Origin: an uncultured bacterium
Lineage (GTDB): Bacteria > Bacillota_I > Bacilli_A > RF39 > UBA660
Length of the DNA stretch: 63,918 nucleotides
Direction: 5' to 3'
NCBI GenBank assembly: GCA_949296705.1
Contig: CASFOW010000035.1
Location: 1-63,918 of the forward strand
Positions 31,353 to 41,698 of the stretch are shown one piece after another. The notes beneath the pieces were generated by a model, which was given only the letters and a program-made list of their open reading frames with translations, ran no database searches and had not been told where the DNA came from. Each line of letters opens with the position of its first letter. Position 1 is the first letter of the stretch. The position numbers and the translations under genes are program-made.

Positions 31353-31966
31353 AAATGATCGTAAAAAGTAAATATACTGGAAAAACAAAGGAAGAGGCTA
31401 TTAATCAAGCAAAGTTATCTCTCCAAGAAACGGAAAATAATCTCTATATTCGTGAATTAGAAACGAAGGGTGGCCTTTTCGGTAAAAAAGTAGAAATAGA
31501 AGTTATCTGTCGTGATGATTTAATCACGTACGTAAAAGATTTTTTAAAACAATTAATCGAGAATATGGGTTTAAATGCGGATCTTGAAGTAAAAAAGAGA
31601 GAGGATACAGTATTATTTACGATTTATTCCGATCATAATTCGATTTTAATAGGAAAAAATGGTAGAACGTTAGATGCTATAACCATAATTACTAAACAAA
31701 TGGTTCAAACCCTAGTCAATCGCCCGTTTCACTTTACGATTGATATCGGGGAATATAAAAAACAACATGAAGAACGCCTAATTCGTTTAGCAAAAAAGAT
31801 AGCGAAAGAGGTGGCTACTTCAAAAATAGAAGCAAAGTTAGACCCAATGAATTCTTATGAGAGAAGGATTATCCATACTACCTTAGCAGAAGATAATAGA
31901 GTGAGAACAGAGAGTGAAGGAGAAGAACCTAACCGTTATGTTGTCATCAAACCTAAAGAAGACTAG
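31346..31966 (+). CDS. jag: Jag/KhpB (EloR) RNA-binding protein
   Basis: Jag_N domain, KH (LIGKNGRTL), R3H (ERRIIH). Confidence 0.95.
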   Translation: MLEMIVKSKYTGKTKEEAINQAKLSLQETENNLYIRELETKGGLFGKKVEIEVICRDDLITYVKDFLKQLIENMGLNADLEVKKREDTVLFTIYSDHNSILIGKNGRTLDAITIITKQMVQTLVNRPFHFTIDIGEYKKQHEERLIRLAKKIAKEVATSKIEAKLDPMNSYERRIIHTTLAEDNRVRTESEGEEPNRYVVIKPKED

Positions 31967-32035
31967 ACTAGTTTAGACTAGTTTTTTCATTTGAAAAAAT
32001 GTACGTAGAAAACATAAATTGGCTTTTTAATAGCT

Positions 32036-32060
32036 AAAATTATTTCCCGGGAAATAATTT
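32036..32060. promoter_or_regulatory. Noc-binding site, extended palindrome
   Basis: AAAATTATTTCCCGGGAAATAATTT in the jag-mnmE intergenic region (core 32041-32056). Confidence 0.85.
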
Positions 32061-32161
32061 CTAGTTCAAAATTAGGGTTTTTAATTAAAAATAAGGAATA
32101 AAAGTTTTGTGATATAATAGATACACATAAGCAAATAAGCAAAAGAAAAGAGGAGTAGAAT

Positions 32162-33517
32162 ATGAATGATACGATAGCTGCTATTTCCACCGCTCAAGGA
32201 GTAGGGGCAATATCGATTATTAGAGTAAGTGGATCATCCGCCATTTCAATAGTCAATAAAGTGTTTACTGGAAAAGATTTGACCAATGTAGCTAGTCATA
32301 CTATTCATTATGGAAAAATAGTTGATCAAAACAGTCCCATCGATGAAGTATTAGTAACTGTAATGAGGACGCCTAAAACTTTTACGCGCGAAGATATTGT
32401 CGAAATCAATTGTCACGGAGGAATAGCTCCTACCAATAAAGTATTAGAATTAATATTAAGAAATGGAGCAAGATTAGCGGAAGCTGGTGAATTTACTAAA
32501 CGAGCTTTCCTAAATGGTCGTATTGATTTAACTGAGGCTGAGTCAATTATGGATTTAATTTCTGCTAAGACAGAAGCCAGTAGAAAAGTTGCCATCAAAG
32601 GCTTAACAGGGCATATTAGTCATTTGATTCGCAACCTAAGACAAGAGATATTAGAATTATTAGCTTCCATTGAAGTAAATATTGATTACCCTGAATATGA
32701 AGATGCTGTAGAGATGACTAACGAAAAAGTGAAGCCAGCTATTAAGAAAATTCAAGATAAACTTGCCCATATTATCGAAGAATCAGAAAACGGAAGAATT
32801 TTAACTAGCGGAATTAAAACGGTAATTATAGGTAAACCAAATGTAGGAAAAAGTAGTATTTTAAATCGTCTATTAGACGAAGAAAAAGCAATTGTTACTG
32901 CCATTGAAGGAACTACTAGGGATACAGTAGAAGGAAATATTACCATTAAAGGGGTAGCTTTAAATCTAATTGATACAGCTGGTATTCATGAAACTGAAGA
33001 CTTAGTAGAAAAAATAGGTGTGAATAAAAGTTTACGTTTAATCGAAGAAGCTGACTTAGTAATCCTAGTATTGAATCAAAATGAAAAACTAAGCGCAGAA
33101 GACCGTCAAATCCTAAAAGTTTGTCAAGATAAAAAGACAATTGTCGTATTGAACAAAAGTGACTTAGAAAAAAGAATCGAAGAAGAAGAAATCCCATATA
33201 CAGATATTATTCATACCAATACCTTGGATGAATCTGGAATAGAACCATTAAAAAATAAAATCAGTGAACTTTTTCATCTCGAACAACTACAGAATCAAGA
33301 TGATTCCTATTTAAGTAATATTCGTCAGATTTCTCTAGCTAAAGAAGCGCTTTCGATTTTAAATGAAGCAGTAATAGCTATTCAACAAGAAGTTCCAGTT
33401 GATATGATCGAAATCGATATTAAACGTGCTTGGGAAAAATTAGGCGAAATCATTGGAGAGACGTATAGTGAAGAACTAATCGATCAATTATTTAGTCAAT
33501 TTTGTCTAGGAAAATAG
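32162..33517 (+). CDS. mnmE: tRNA modification GTPase MnmE
   Basis: DTIAAIST, GKPNVGKSS, GTTRD, DTAG, NKSD; C-terminal FCLGK. Confidence 0.98.
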   Translation: MNDTIAAISTAQGVGAISIIRVSGSSAISIVNKVFTGKDLTNVASHTIHYGKIVDQNSPIDEVLVTVMRTPKTFTREDIVEINCHGGIAPTNKVLELILRNGARLAEAGEFTKRAFLNGRIDLTEAESIMDLISAKTEASRKVAIKGLTGHISHLIRNLRQEILELLASIEVNIDYPEYEDAVEMTNEKVKPAIKKIQDKLAHIIEESENGRILTSGIKTVIIGKPNVGKSSILNRLLDEEKAIVTAIEGTTRDTVEGNITIKGVALNLIDTAGIHETEDLVEKIGVNKSLRLIEEADLVILVLNQNEKLSAEDRQILKVCQDKKTIVVLNKSDLEKRIEEEEIPYTDIIHTNTLDESGIEPLKNKISELFHLEQLQNQDDSYLSNIRQISLAKEALSILNEAVIAIQQEVPVDMIEIDIKRAWEKLGEIIGETYSEELIDQLFSQFCLGK

Positions 33518-33571
33518 AACTATTTGTATCAAAAAATGTTTTCATAACTCATTTTTTATTATTTAAAAACA

Positions 33572-33597
33572 AAAATTATTTCCCGGGAAATAATTTT
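33572..33597. promoter_or_regulatory. Noc-binding site, perfect 26-bp palindrome
   Basis: AAAATTATTTCCCGGGAAATAATTTT immediately upstream of the mnmG promoter (TATAAT at ~33622). Confidence 0.85.
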
Positions 33598-33645
33598 CTT
33601 CTGTCTATAAAAAAATTATAGTATAATATGAAGCGGTAAAAGGAA

Positions 33646-35514
33646 GTGATTTTGGTGAAATACGAAATTATTGTTGTTGGTGGTGGACATGCTGGATGTG
33701 AAGCTGCTTTAGCTTCTGCTCGACTTGGTCACGAAACTTTACTCATCACCGGAAATAAAAAGAATATAGCAGATATGCCTTGTAATCCTTCGATAGGTGG
33801 TCCCGCCAAAGGAATTATTGTAAGGGAAATTGATGCCTTAGGTGGAGAAATGGCTAATACCATAGATCATTCCTGCTTACAAGTAAAAATGTTAAATACT
33901 AAAAAAGGTCCAGCTGTAAGAGCCTTAAGAGCTCAGGCAGATAAAATAACTTATCCTAAAGTAATGCTAGCTACTTTGGAAAATCAAGATAAGTTAACAA
34001 TTTTAGAAGCTATGGTAGAAGATTTACTTGTTGAAGAGAAAAAAATAAAAGGGGTTATTCTTTCAAATGGAGAAAAGATTTTTTCTCAAGCTGTTATTTT
34101 GACAACGGGAACTTATTTAAAAGCAACGGTTTTAAGAGGTTCATCAAAAACAGTCAGCGGTCCTCATGGAGAAACACCGTCCAAACATTTAAGCGACAAC
34201 CTAAAAAAATTAGGTTTTACTATACAACGCTTAAAAACAGGTACCCCACCTAGAATTGAAAAAAGTAGTATCGATTATTCTAAAGCAACTCTAGAGCCGG
34301 GCGATAATACTAGTTATACTTTTTCATTTGATAATGAGCCATTATACCAAGTAGAAGAGCAAGTTCCTTGTCACTTGATTTATACAACCCCAGAAACTCA
34401 CCAGATAATTTTAGATAACTTAGAAAAGTCTAGTATGTATGGAGGATACGTTGAAGGAATTGGTCCAAGATACTGTCCATCTATAGAGGATAAAATTGTT
34501 CGTTTTAAAGACAAAGAACGCCATCAATTATTTTTAGAGCCAGAAAGTATTTATTACGATGATATTTATATTCAAGGCTTTTCAACAAGTATGCCAGAAG
34601 AAATTCAAGAAAAAATGGTACATAGTTTGCCAGGTATGGAACACGCCAAAATATTAAAGTATGCTTATGCGATAGAATATGACGCAATTGATCCACTTCA
34701 GCTAAAACAATCTTTAGAAACAAAGATAATTGAAAACTTATATACAGCAGGACAGATTAATGGAACGAGTGGTTATGAAGAAGCCGCAGGACAAGGACTA
34801 ATTGCCGGAATCAACGCATCATTAAAATTACAAGGAAAAGAGCCACTTATTTTAAAAAGAAATGAAGCCTATATTGGCGTTCTTATTGATGATTTAGTCA
34901 CAAAAGGAACCAAAGAGCCATACCGGATGTTAACCTCTCGTGCCGAATATCGATTACTTTTACGCCATGATAATGCTGATTTACGACTTCGTGATTATGG
35001 AAGAAAAATAGGGTTAATCAATGAGGAAAAATATCAAAAATTCAGTGCTAAAAAAGAAGCTATCTATGAGTTAAAAAATACACTACAACAAATAAAATTA
35101 ACCCCAACAGAAGAAATTAATCGTGAACTTATTTCTTTAAACTCAGCCCCACTATCCGATGGAATAACTTTGTACGACTTGTTAAAAAGAACAGAAATCA
35201 CCATTGAAAAAATTCAAAAATACCTTCCAAAATCCTATTCAAAAGAAGTAACAGAACAAGTAGAAATTCAAATTAAATATGAAGGATATATCAAAAAAGC
35301 AAACAAGGAAGCAGAAAAAATGCTAGATCTAGAAAAATTAAAAATACCTGAAGATATTAATTACCACCAAGTCCACAATTTAGCGAGCGAAGCCTTGCAA
35401 AAATTATCTACAGTTCGCCCATCTACCATTGCACAGGCATCTCGAATTAGTGGGGTAAATCCAGCTGATATTTCGATATTAATGATCTATTTAAAAAAGG
35501 AACATAAGTTATGA
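33646..35514 (+). CDS. mnmG: tRNA uridine 5-carboxymethylaminomethyl modification enzyme MnmG (GidA)
   Basis: GGGHAGCEAA, CNPSIGG, GPRYCPSIEDK, AGQINGTSGYEEAA motifs. Confidence 0.99.
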   Translation: MILVKYEIIVVGGGHAGCEAALASARLGHETLLITGNKKNIADMPCNPSIGGPAKGIIVREIDALGGEMANTIDHSCLQVKMLNTKKGPAVRALRAQADKITYPKVMLATLENQDKLTILEAMVEDLLVEEKKIKGVILSNGEKIFSQAVILTTGTYLKATVLRGSSKTVSGPHGETPSKHLSDNLKKLGFTIQRLKTGTPPRIEKSSIDYSKATLEPGDNTSYTFSFDNEPLYQVEEQVPCHLIYTTPETHQIILDNLEKSSMYGGYVEGIGPRYCPSIEDKIVRFKDKERHQLFLEPESIYYDDIYIQGFSTSMPEEIQEKMVHSLPGMEHAKILKYAYAIEYDAIDPLQLKQSLETKIIENLYTAGQINGTSGYEEAAGQGLIAGINASLKLQGKEPLILKRNEAYIGVLIDDLVTKGTKEPYRMLTSRAEYRLLLRHDNADLRLRDYGRKIGLINEEKYQKFSAKKEAIYELKNTLQQIKLTPTEEINRELISLNSAPLSDGITLYDLLKRTEITIEKIQKYLPKSYSKEVTEQVEIQIKYEGYIKKANKEAEKMLDLEKLKIPEDINYHQVHNLASEALQKLSTVRPSTIAQASRISGVNPADISILMIYLKKEHKL

Positions 35515-36197
35515 ATATAGAAATTTTTAAAGAAGAAGTAGAAAAGTTAGGAATTTTATTAACTGATGAGCAATTAAATCAACTAGCGCTATTTTATCAG
35601 TTATTATTATCATGGAATGAGAAAATGAATCTAACTAGAATTACAAATCAAGAAGAAGTATATCTTAAACATTTCTATGACAGCCTAACTATATATAAAG
35701 AAGTAAAATTAGAAACCATAGCTACTTTATGTGATGTAGGAAGTGGAGCTGGTTTTCCTGGTATTGTTTTAAAAATCGCTTTTCCTAACCTCAATATCAC
35801 CTTGATTGATTCTCTTCAAAAGCGAGTAAATTATCTCAATGAAGTGATTAAAGAATTAAAACTAACTAATATTAGAGCTATTCACACAAGATGTGAAGAT
35901 TATGCGCGAGTAAATAGAGAAAAATACGAAGTGGTAACCGCAAGAGCAGTAGCTAATTTGAAAGTATTATCAGAATTATGCCTTCCTCTTGTTAAAGAAC
36001 ACGGTTACTTCATTGCGATGAAAGGAAAAATAGCCGAAGAATTAGCAGAAGCCAAAGCGATGATTGGTACTTTAGGCGGAAAAATAGAACATATTAATGA
36101 ATTCAATTTACCCCTAGAAGAAAGTAGCCGTACATTGATAAAAATAAAAAAAGAGAAGAAAACCGATAAAATTTATCCTAGAAAAAAAATAAAATAA
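35511..36197 (+). CDS. rsmG: 16S rRNA m7G527 methyltransferase (GidB)
   Basis: WNEKMNLT, KHFYDSL, DVGSGAGFPG, ARAVA motifs. Confidence 0.97.
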   Translation: MNIEIFKEEVEKLGILLTDEQLNQLALFYQLLLSWNEKMNLTRITNQEEVYLKHFYDSLTIYKEVKLETIATLCDVGSGAGFPGIVLKIAFPNLNITLIDSLQKRVNYLNEVIKELKLTNIRAIHTRCEDYARVNREKYEVVTARAVANLKVLSELCLPLVKEHGYFIAMKGKIAEELAEAKAMIGTLGGKIEHINEFNLPLEESSRTLIKIKKEKKTDKIYPRKKIK

Positions 36198-36216
36198 TAC
36201 AAAAAAGAGAGGTAAC

Positions 36217-37641
36217 ATGCTAAAATACTATAAAAATGTGGTAAAGTATAATGAAAATGTCCAGTATGGACTAGGTATCATTACCGGCTGGAAATCAACG
36301 GATATGATTTTAAATCATCTAAGTGAAGAAGCTAAGAGAAAAATTGTAACCTGTGGTAATTTATACACTAAAAATGGTATTAATTATATAATAGCTAACT
36401 TGTTTTTAAATCCACAGATCACAGAATTAATTGTTTTGGAAGATTCTTCATTACAAAATGAAATGGCAGAAGGTATAACTGCTTTTTTACAATTTCTAAA
36501 CACTAACGTGTTAACTTTTGAACCAAAATTTCAATTTACAGAAGAAAACTTATTAGAATTTAGTTCCTATTTTAAAAATCATATCAGAGTAGTAAAGAGA
36601 AAAGACTTAGAAAAGGAATTAAAAGAAATAAAAATATTGGAAAAAGACTGGTGTAAAATTACCGAGATTGAAGAAAATCCTTTAGAACTCCAGCATCAAA
36701 TTCCAAGTGAAAAGGTAGGTTTTACGGTACGAGCCAATACTGTCTATGAAGCGTGGAATCGTGCCTTAAAATTAATTCACACCTATGGATACTTAAAACC
36801 ATCTGATTATGATGAAAATCAATTAGAACTAATTAATTTATCTATGATTATCAGAAATGAAGATTTGAGTGATCCAAGTATGGCTGGAATAATTGACATT
36901 ACTAAAGAAGAATTAGAAGAATATGAGAAAAGTATTCTTTCTAAAGCTGTGCCTGATGGAGTAAAATACACTTATGGAAATCGTTATCGGGATCAATTTG
37001 GGAAAGATCAATTTCAATATATGGTAGATACATTAAGAGAAAAGCCCTTTTCTAGAAGAGCGGTTGCTACTCTTTGGATTCCCGCTATCGATATTGAAGC
37101 CAAAGAGGGACCATGCCTTGACCTGTATCAAGCTATAATTGAAGGAGAATATCTTCATCTTCTTACTTATATCAGAGCTAATGATGTCTATAACGGTTGG
37201 CCTAGAAATATTTATGGGATTTTAAAAATTCAACAAGAACTATGCCAATCTCTTGGCTATCAAAAAGGCTATGTCAATACCATTGCAGGAAGTGCTCATA
37301 TTTACGAGAGGAATTTTGCAGATTTAGAAAAACGCTTGAATGAAAAAAACATTTCTTTTTGTGAAGAAGATGAAAGAGGATATTTTACCGTAACAATAGA
37401 AAATCAAGAGATTCAAGTTACTTTCTATAGTGTATCAGGTAAAGAATTACGTAAATTTACAGGAAAAAGTGCTCTTGAATTGAGAAATCAATGCACTTTT
37501 TACATCAGTAATATCGATCATGCTTTCTATTTAGGACAAGAGTTAATAAAAGCAGAATTAGCACTTAAAAATCAACTTTCCTATGTACAAGATACACAAT
37601 TAGACATAAGTTCAAAGAAAAAAATTTTAAAACTCAAGTAA
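36217..37641 (+). CDS. Thymidylate synthase-family protein with MtrA-like N-terminal and DUF4346-like C-terminal domains
   Basis: TS core: YTYG.R, SRRA, PC (catalytic Cys), RAND...GWP.N, SAHIY. N-terminal GNLYT..GINYII.NL..NP.I; C-terminal HA.YLG.EL.KAE...YVQD. Confidence 0.8.
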   Translation: MLKYYKNVVKYNENVQYGLGIITGWKSTDMILNHLSEEAKRKIVTCGNLYTKNGINYIIANLFLNPQITELIVLEDSSLQNEMAEGITAFLQFLNTNVLTFEPKFQFTEENLLEFSSYFKNHIRVVKRKDLEKELKEIKILEKDWCKITEIEENPLELQHQIPSEKVGFTVRANTVYEAWNRALKLIHTYGYLKPSDYDENQLELINLSMIIRNEDLSDPSMAGIIDITKEELEEYEKSILSKAVPDGVKYTYGNRYRDQFGKDQFQYMVDTLREKPFSRRAVATLWIPAIDIEAKEGPCLDLYQAIIEGEYLHLLTYIRANDVYNGWPRNIYGILKIQQELCQSLGYQKGYVNTIAGSAHIYERNFADLEKRLNEKNISFCEEDERGYFTVTIENQEIQVTFYSVSGKELRKFTGKSALELRNQCTFYISNIDHAFYLGQELIKAELALKNQLSYVQDTQLDISSKKKILKLK

Positions 37642-37772
37642 AAACTAATAAATAAAATATAAAAAATTCTATGTAGTCAAAGTAAAATTTGGCTTTTTTC
37701 TTGTCTAGTAAAAAAAATATGATATAATGAATATGATAAAGAATAACAGAAGAATGAAAAGAGGGTTAATTT

Positions 37773-38900
37773 ATGGATAGAGAAGTAGTGGATTTGTATT
37801 TAGATGACATTATCCCTAACCGTTTTCAACCACGTGAAGTATTTAATGAACAGGCTTTACGAGAATTAGCTGATTCCATCCGAGCGCATGGAGTAATTCA
37901 ACCAATCATTGTCCGTAAAATAGGAGATAAATACGAAATAATTGCTGGAGAGAGAAGATATAAAGCATCAGCGATGGCAGGCCTAACTAAGATTCCGGCT
38001 ATTATTAGAAATTTAGATGATAAAGAAACTTCAAAAGTAGCTTTACTAGAAAACTTACAACGAAAAGATCTAACACCAATAGAAGAAGCGAGAACTTATC
38101 AAAAAATCCTAGAGCTAGATTCGATGACTCAAGAAGAACTTGGACGTACTATGGGAAAATCTCAAGCTTCAATTGCCAATAAAATGCGTTTGTTATCTTT
38201 ACCAGATGAAGTTCAAGAAGCACTACTTCATGACCAGATATCAGAAAGGCATGCCAGAAGTTTATTAAATTTAGATTCAAGAGAAGATCAAATCAATATG
38301 CTTCATGATATTATTGAAAAAAGAATGACAGTTAGAGAACTAGATAATGCAATTAGAAAATTAAAAGGAATAGAAGAACCGATTTCTAATGAAACTAATT
38401 CAGGAAATGTGAATTTGGAAACCAACCCAATAACTAATACTCCATCACCAATAGAAATTCCAAGTCCAGTTACTCCGTCTAATCCCACAATAAACTTGGA
38501 TAACGATATTCCTCATCCTCCAATAGACTTGCTTGCTTCATCGAATCAGGCTAGTTCTAAAGTAGAGACGGTAGAAAAAACTCCACAAGTTAATACAAAA
38601 TCGCCATCAACACCAGTAAAGAATATCTTTGTTTTAAATGATGATGAAGATGACTCATCTATGACCATAGAACCACATCAATCAACTCCAACTTCTGGAG
38701 TAAGTAACAAAAAGATTGTCCATACTGATCCAGTTGAGGAATTATTGGATGATGAAGAATTGTATTCATTAAAAGATGCAGTAAAAGAACTAAGAAGAAC
38801 AGTAAGTAATCTAGAAAATAAAGGATTTGTTATTAAAGTCGAAGAATTAGATTTCGAAAATACTTATCAAGTAGTAGTAAAAATCAATAAAGATATCTAA
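37773..38900 (+). CDS. noc: Noc-type ParB paralogue (nucleoid occlusion protein-like)
   Basis: PNRFQPR, CTP-binding GERR, HTH GKSQASIANKMRLL and ERHAR (Noc-type Q/K/R specificity residues), Noc-like C-terminal domain. Lies between rsmG and parA. Confidence 0.88.
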   Translation: MDREVVDLYLDDIIPNRFQPREVFNEQALRELADSIRAHGVIQPIIVRKIGDKYEIIAGERRYKASAMAGLTKIPAIIRNLDDKETSKVALLENLQRKDLTPIEEARTYQKILELDSMTQEELGRTMGKSQASIANKMRLLSLPDEVQEALLHDQISERHARSLLNLDSREDQINMLHDIIEKRMTVRELDNAIRKLKGIEEPISNETNSGNVNLETNPITNTPSPIEIPSPVTPSNPTINLDNDIPHPPIDLLASSNQASSKVETVEKTPQVNTKSPSTPVKNIFVLNDDEDDSSMTIEPHQSTPTSGVSNKKIVHTDPVEELLDDEELYSLKDAVKELRRTVSNLENKGFVIKVEELDFENTYQVVVKINKDI

Positions 38901-38996
38901 AAGTAGAGAGTTCTACTTTTTTTTAACAAGAGGTTTCCTATTTTAATGTTTTCTGTTAAAATAGAATAGTAGAAAAACAAAAAAGGTGGTAAAAGC

Positions 38997-39806
38997 ATGG
39001 GAAAGATAATATCATTAGTAAATCAAAAAGGTGGAGTAGGAAAAACGACAACGAGTATCAATCTTTCTGCGTCTTTAGCTTACTTAGGAAAAAGAGTATT
39101 GTTAATCGATTTGGATCCTCAAGGAAATGCAACAACAGGCGTGGGTATCAATAAAGGAGATATTAGTAAAAGTGTTCACGATGTTATGACAGAAAAATGT
39201 AATGTAATCGAAGCAATTATTAAAACAAAATATAAAAATCTTTATCTTCTGCCGGCAACAATTAATTTAGCTGGTATTGATATTGAGCTTATGGAAAAAA
39301 GTAAACTGGATCAAAACTTTTCAAAGAATGTTCAATTAAAAAAAGCATTAGATCCTATTAAGGAGTCATTTGACTATATCATTATTGATTGCCCACCATC
39401 ACTCGGTTTAATTACAACTAATGCCCTAACGGCATCTAATTCTGTAATTATTCCCGTTCAGTGTGAATTTTTTGCCCTTGAAGGAATTACCCAGCTACTA
39501 AATACAATCATGTTAGCACAAAAGAATTTAAATCCTAACCTAGATATTGAAGGGGTTCTTCTTACTATGCTCGATTCACGAGCAATTCTATGCTTAGAAG
39601 TAGTAGAAGATATTAGAAGATTCTTTAAAGAGCGAGTATATAATACCATCATCCCAAGACTTGTTAGGATTGCTGAAGCTCCATCACATGGCACACCGAT
39701 CATCGCCTATGATTCCAAACACCGTGGATCGATTGCTTATTTAAATTTAGCAAAGGAAGTGATTGAAAGAAATGGAAACACAAACACAACTACAAACACA
39801 AAGTAG
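38997..39806 (+). CDS. parA: ParA/Soj ATPase
   Basis: NQKGGVGKTT, DLDPQGN, IDCPPSLG, EAPSHG motifs. Confidence 0.98.
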   Translation: MGKIISLVNQKGGVGKTTTSINLSASLAYLGKRVLLIDLDPQGNATTGVGINKGDISKSVHDVMTEKCNVIEAIIKTKYKNLYLLPATINLAGIDIELMEKSKLDQNFSKNVQLKKALDPIKESFDYIIIDCPPSLGLITTNALTASNSVIIPVQCEFFALEGITQLLNTIMLAQKNLNPNLDIEGVLLTMLDSRAILCLEVVEDIRRFFKERVYNTIIPRLVRIAEAPSHGTPIIAYDSKHRGSIAYLNLAKEVIERNGNTNTTTNTK

Positions 39807-40683
39807 AAGAAAAGCCTTAGGAAGAGGCTTAGAAGAATTATTCAATAATGAACCAATGAATTATGAAACAATCGAGGAAAAAATCATTACATCAACTCCA
39901 AAAGAAGAAATTGTAGAGTTAAATTTATCAGAATTACGTAGTAATCCTTATCAACCTCGTAAAAATTTTGATGAAAGAGCTCTTCAAGAATTAGCGAATT
40001 CTATTAAAGAATATGGTGTATTTCAACCAATAATTGCCAAAAAAAGTATAAAGGGCTACGAAATTATAGCCGGTGAAAGACGAGTAAAAGCATCAATTTT
40101 AGCGGGAAAGGAAACAATTCCAGCTATTCTTCGTGACTTTAGCGACCAAGAGATGATGGAAATCGCCCTATTAGAGAATCTACAACGTGAAAATCTAAAT
40201 GCCTTAGAGGAAGCACTTGCTTATAAAAAATTGATTGAAGAACTATCCCTAACCCAAGAAGCATTAGCCAAAAGAATTGGTAAAAGTAGAAGTCATATTA
40301 CCAATATGTTGGGAATTTTGACATTACCAGAAGAAGTAAAAGACCTAATCATGGAGAATAAATTGACAATGGGGCATGCCCGTGCATTAAGTAAATTAGA
40401 AAATCCAACAAAAATTAAAGATCTAGCTCAAAAAGTAGTAATGGAGAATTTAAGTGTTCGTCAAGTAGAAAATTTAGCTTTTGAACCAACAGAAGAAAAA
40501 AATCATAAAACGAAGAAAGTAAATATTTCTACAGAATATCGAAATATTGAGGAAAGTTTATCCGAAAAGTTAGGAACTAAAGTAAAAATTAATCATAATA
40601 AATTAGAAATTTCTTTCGTCAATCGTAATGATTTAAATCGCCTATTAGAAATAATAGGGATTGATCAAGAGAAAACCATCTGA
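39763..40683 (+). CDS. parB: ParB/Spo0J CTPase
   Basis: ParA-activating ALGRGL, NPYQPR, GERR, HTH GKSRSHI, MGHARAL. Confidence 0.97.
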   Translation: MKEMETQTQLQTQSRRKALGRGLEELFNNEPMNYETIEEKIITSTPKEEIVELNLSELRSNPYQPRKNFDERALQELANSIKEYGVFQPIIAKKSIKGYEIIAGERRVKASILAGKETIPAILRDFSDQEMMEIALLENLQRENLNALEEALAYKKLIEELSLTQEALAKRIGKSRSHITNMLGILTLPEEVKDLIMENKLTMGHARALSKLENPTKIKDLAQKVVMENLSVRQVENLAFEPTEEKNHKTKKVNISTEYRNIEESLSEKLGTKVKINHNKLEISFVNRNDLNRLLEIIGIDQEKTI

Positions 40684-40698
40684 TGAGGAAGTGAAGAA

Positions 40699-41508
40699 AT
40701 GCTAGAAAAAATAATGATTCCAGAAATCTATTTACCAATCATTTATATATGTATAGCTATTATTTTAAATGGAATTTGTAAAAAGCTAATTGGAACAATT
40801 ATAAAAAGTAAACAAAAAAGTTTAAATAAAAATAGTTATAACTATAAAAAAACAGAAACCTTTCGGGTATTAATGAATAATATTATCAAATATGTCATTA
40901 TTTTATTCTTAGTTTTAGCTATACTAACCGTATATGGAGTAAATGTAACTTCTATTTTAGCTGGATTAGGAATTGCTGGTGTTGTTGCTAGTTTAGCTCT
41001 TCAAGATTTAGCTAAAGATATTATTGCTGGAATGGGAATCATTTTAGAAAATCAATACGCTATGGGAGATACAATCTCAATAAATGGGTTTAAAGGTGAA
41101 GTCGTTTTTTTAGGACTTAAAACAACTAGAATTAAAAGTTGGGAAGGTGAAGTAAAAATCCTTGCTAATCGTAATATTACAGAAGTAATTAATTATAGTA
41201 TTTCTAGTTCCCTTGCGATTGTAGATGTTGGGGTAGGCTATAATGAAGATTTAGATAAAGTAGAAGAAGTTTTGAATACTTTAGCTAAAGATTTAACAAA
41301 AAAACTTCCTAAATTAAAAGGGGATGTTGAAGTATTAGGGATTGATAAATTTTCTGATTCTGCTTTAATCTATCGTTTAATTGTACCAACCGTGAGTATG
41401 GAACACTATGGAATTGCTCGTCAAATTAGAAAAGAAATCATTCTTTGTTTTGAGAAAAATAATATCAACATTCCATATAATCAAATTGAGGTGCATCATG
41501 GAAAATAA
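40699..41508 (+). CDS. MscS-family mechanosensitive channel
   Basis: LAGLGIAGV...LALQ...KD..AG..I..E.Q...GD, G.V...GLKTT motifs. Confidence 0.92.
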   Translation: MLEKIMIPEIYLPIIYICIAIILNGICKKLIGTIIKSKQKSLNKNSYNYKKTETFRVLMNNIIKYVIILFLVLAILTVYGVNVTSILAGLGIAGVVASLALQDLAKDIIAGMGIILENQYAMGDTISINGFKGEVVFLGLKTTRIKSWEGEVKILANRNITEVINYSISSSLAIVDVGVGYNEDLDKVEEVLNTLAKDLTKKLPKLKGDVEVLGIDKFSDSALIYRLIVPTVSMEHYGIARQIRKEIILCFEKNNINIPYNQIEVHHGK

Positions 41509-41698
41509 AGAATATACTTTAAATAGTAAAGTAGTGATGAAAAAGCAACATCCTTGTGGTAGTAATGAATGGGAAATTATAAGACTCGGTGCTGACATTA
41601 AGATAAAGTGTTGCAACTGCGGTAGAACAATCATGATGCCAAGAATCGAATTTAACAAAAAAATAAAAAAAGTACTCACTAACGAGGAGTGTAAATGA
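41498..41698 (+). CDS. DUF951 (YyzM-like) protein
   Basis: MKKQHPCGSNEWEIIRLGADIKIKC..C. True start is 41498. Confidence 0.9.
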   Translation: MENKEYTLNSKVVMKKQHPCGSNEWEIIRLGADIKIKCCNCGRTIMMPRIEFNKKIKKVLTNEECK

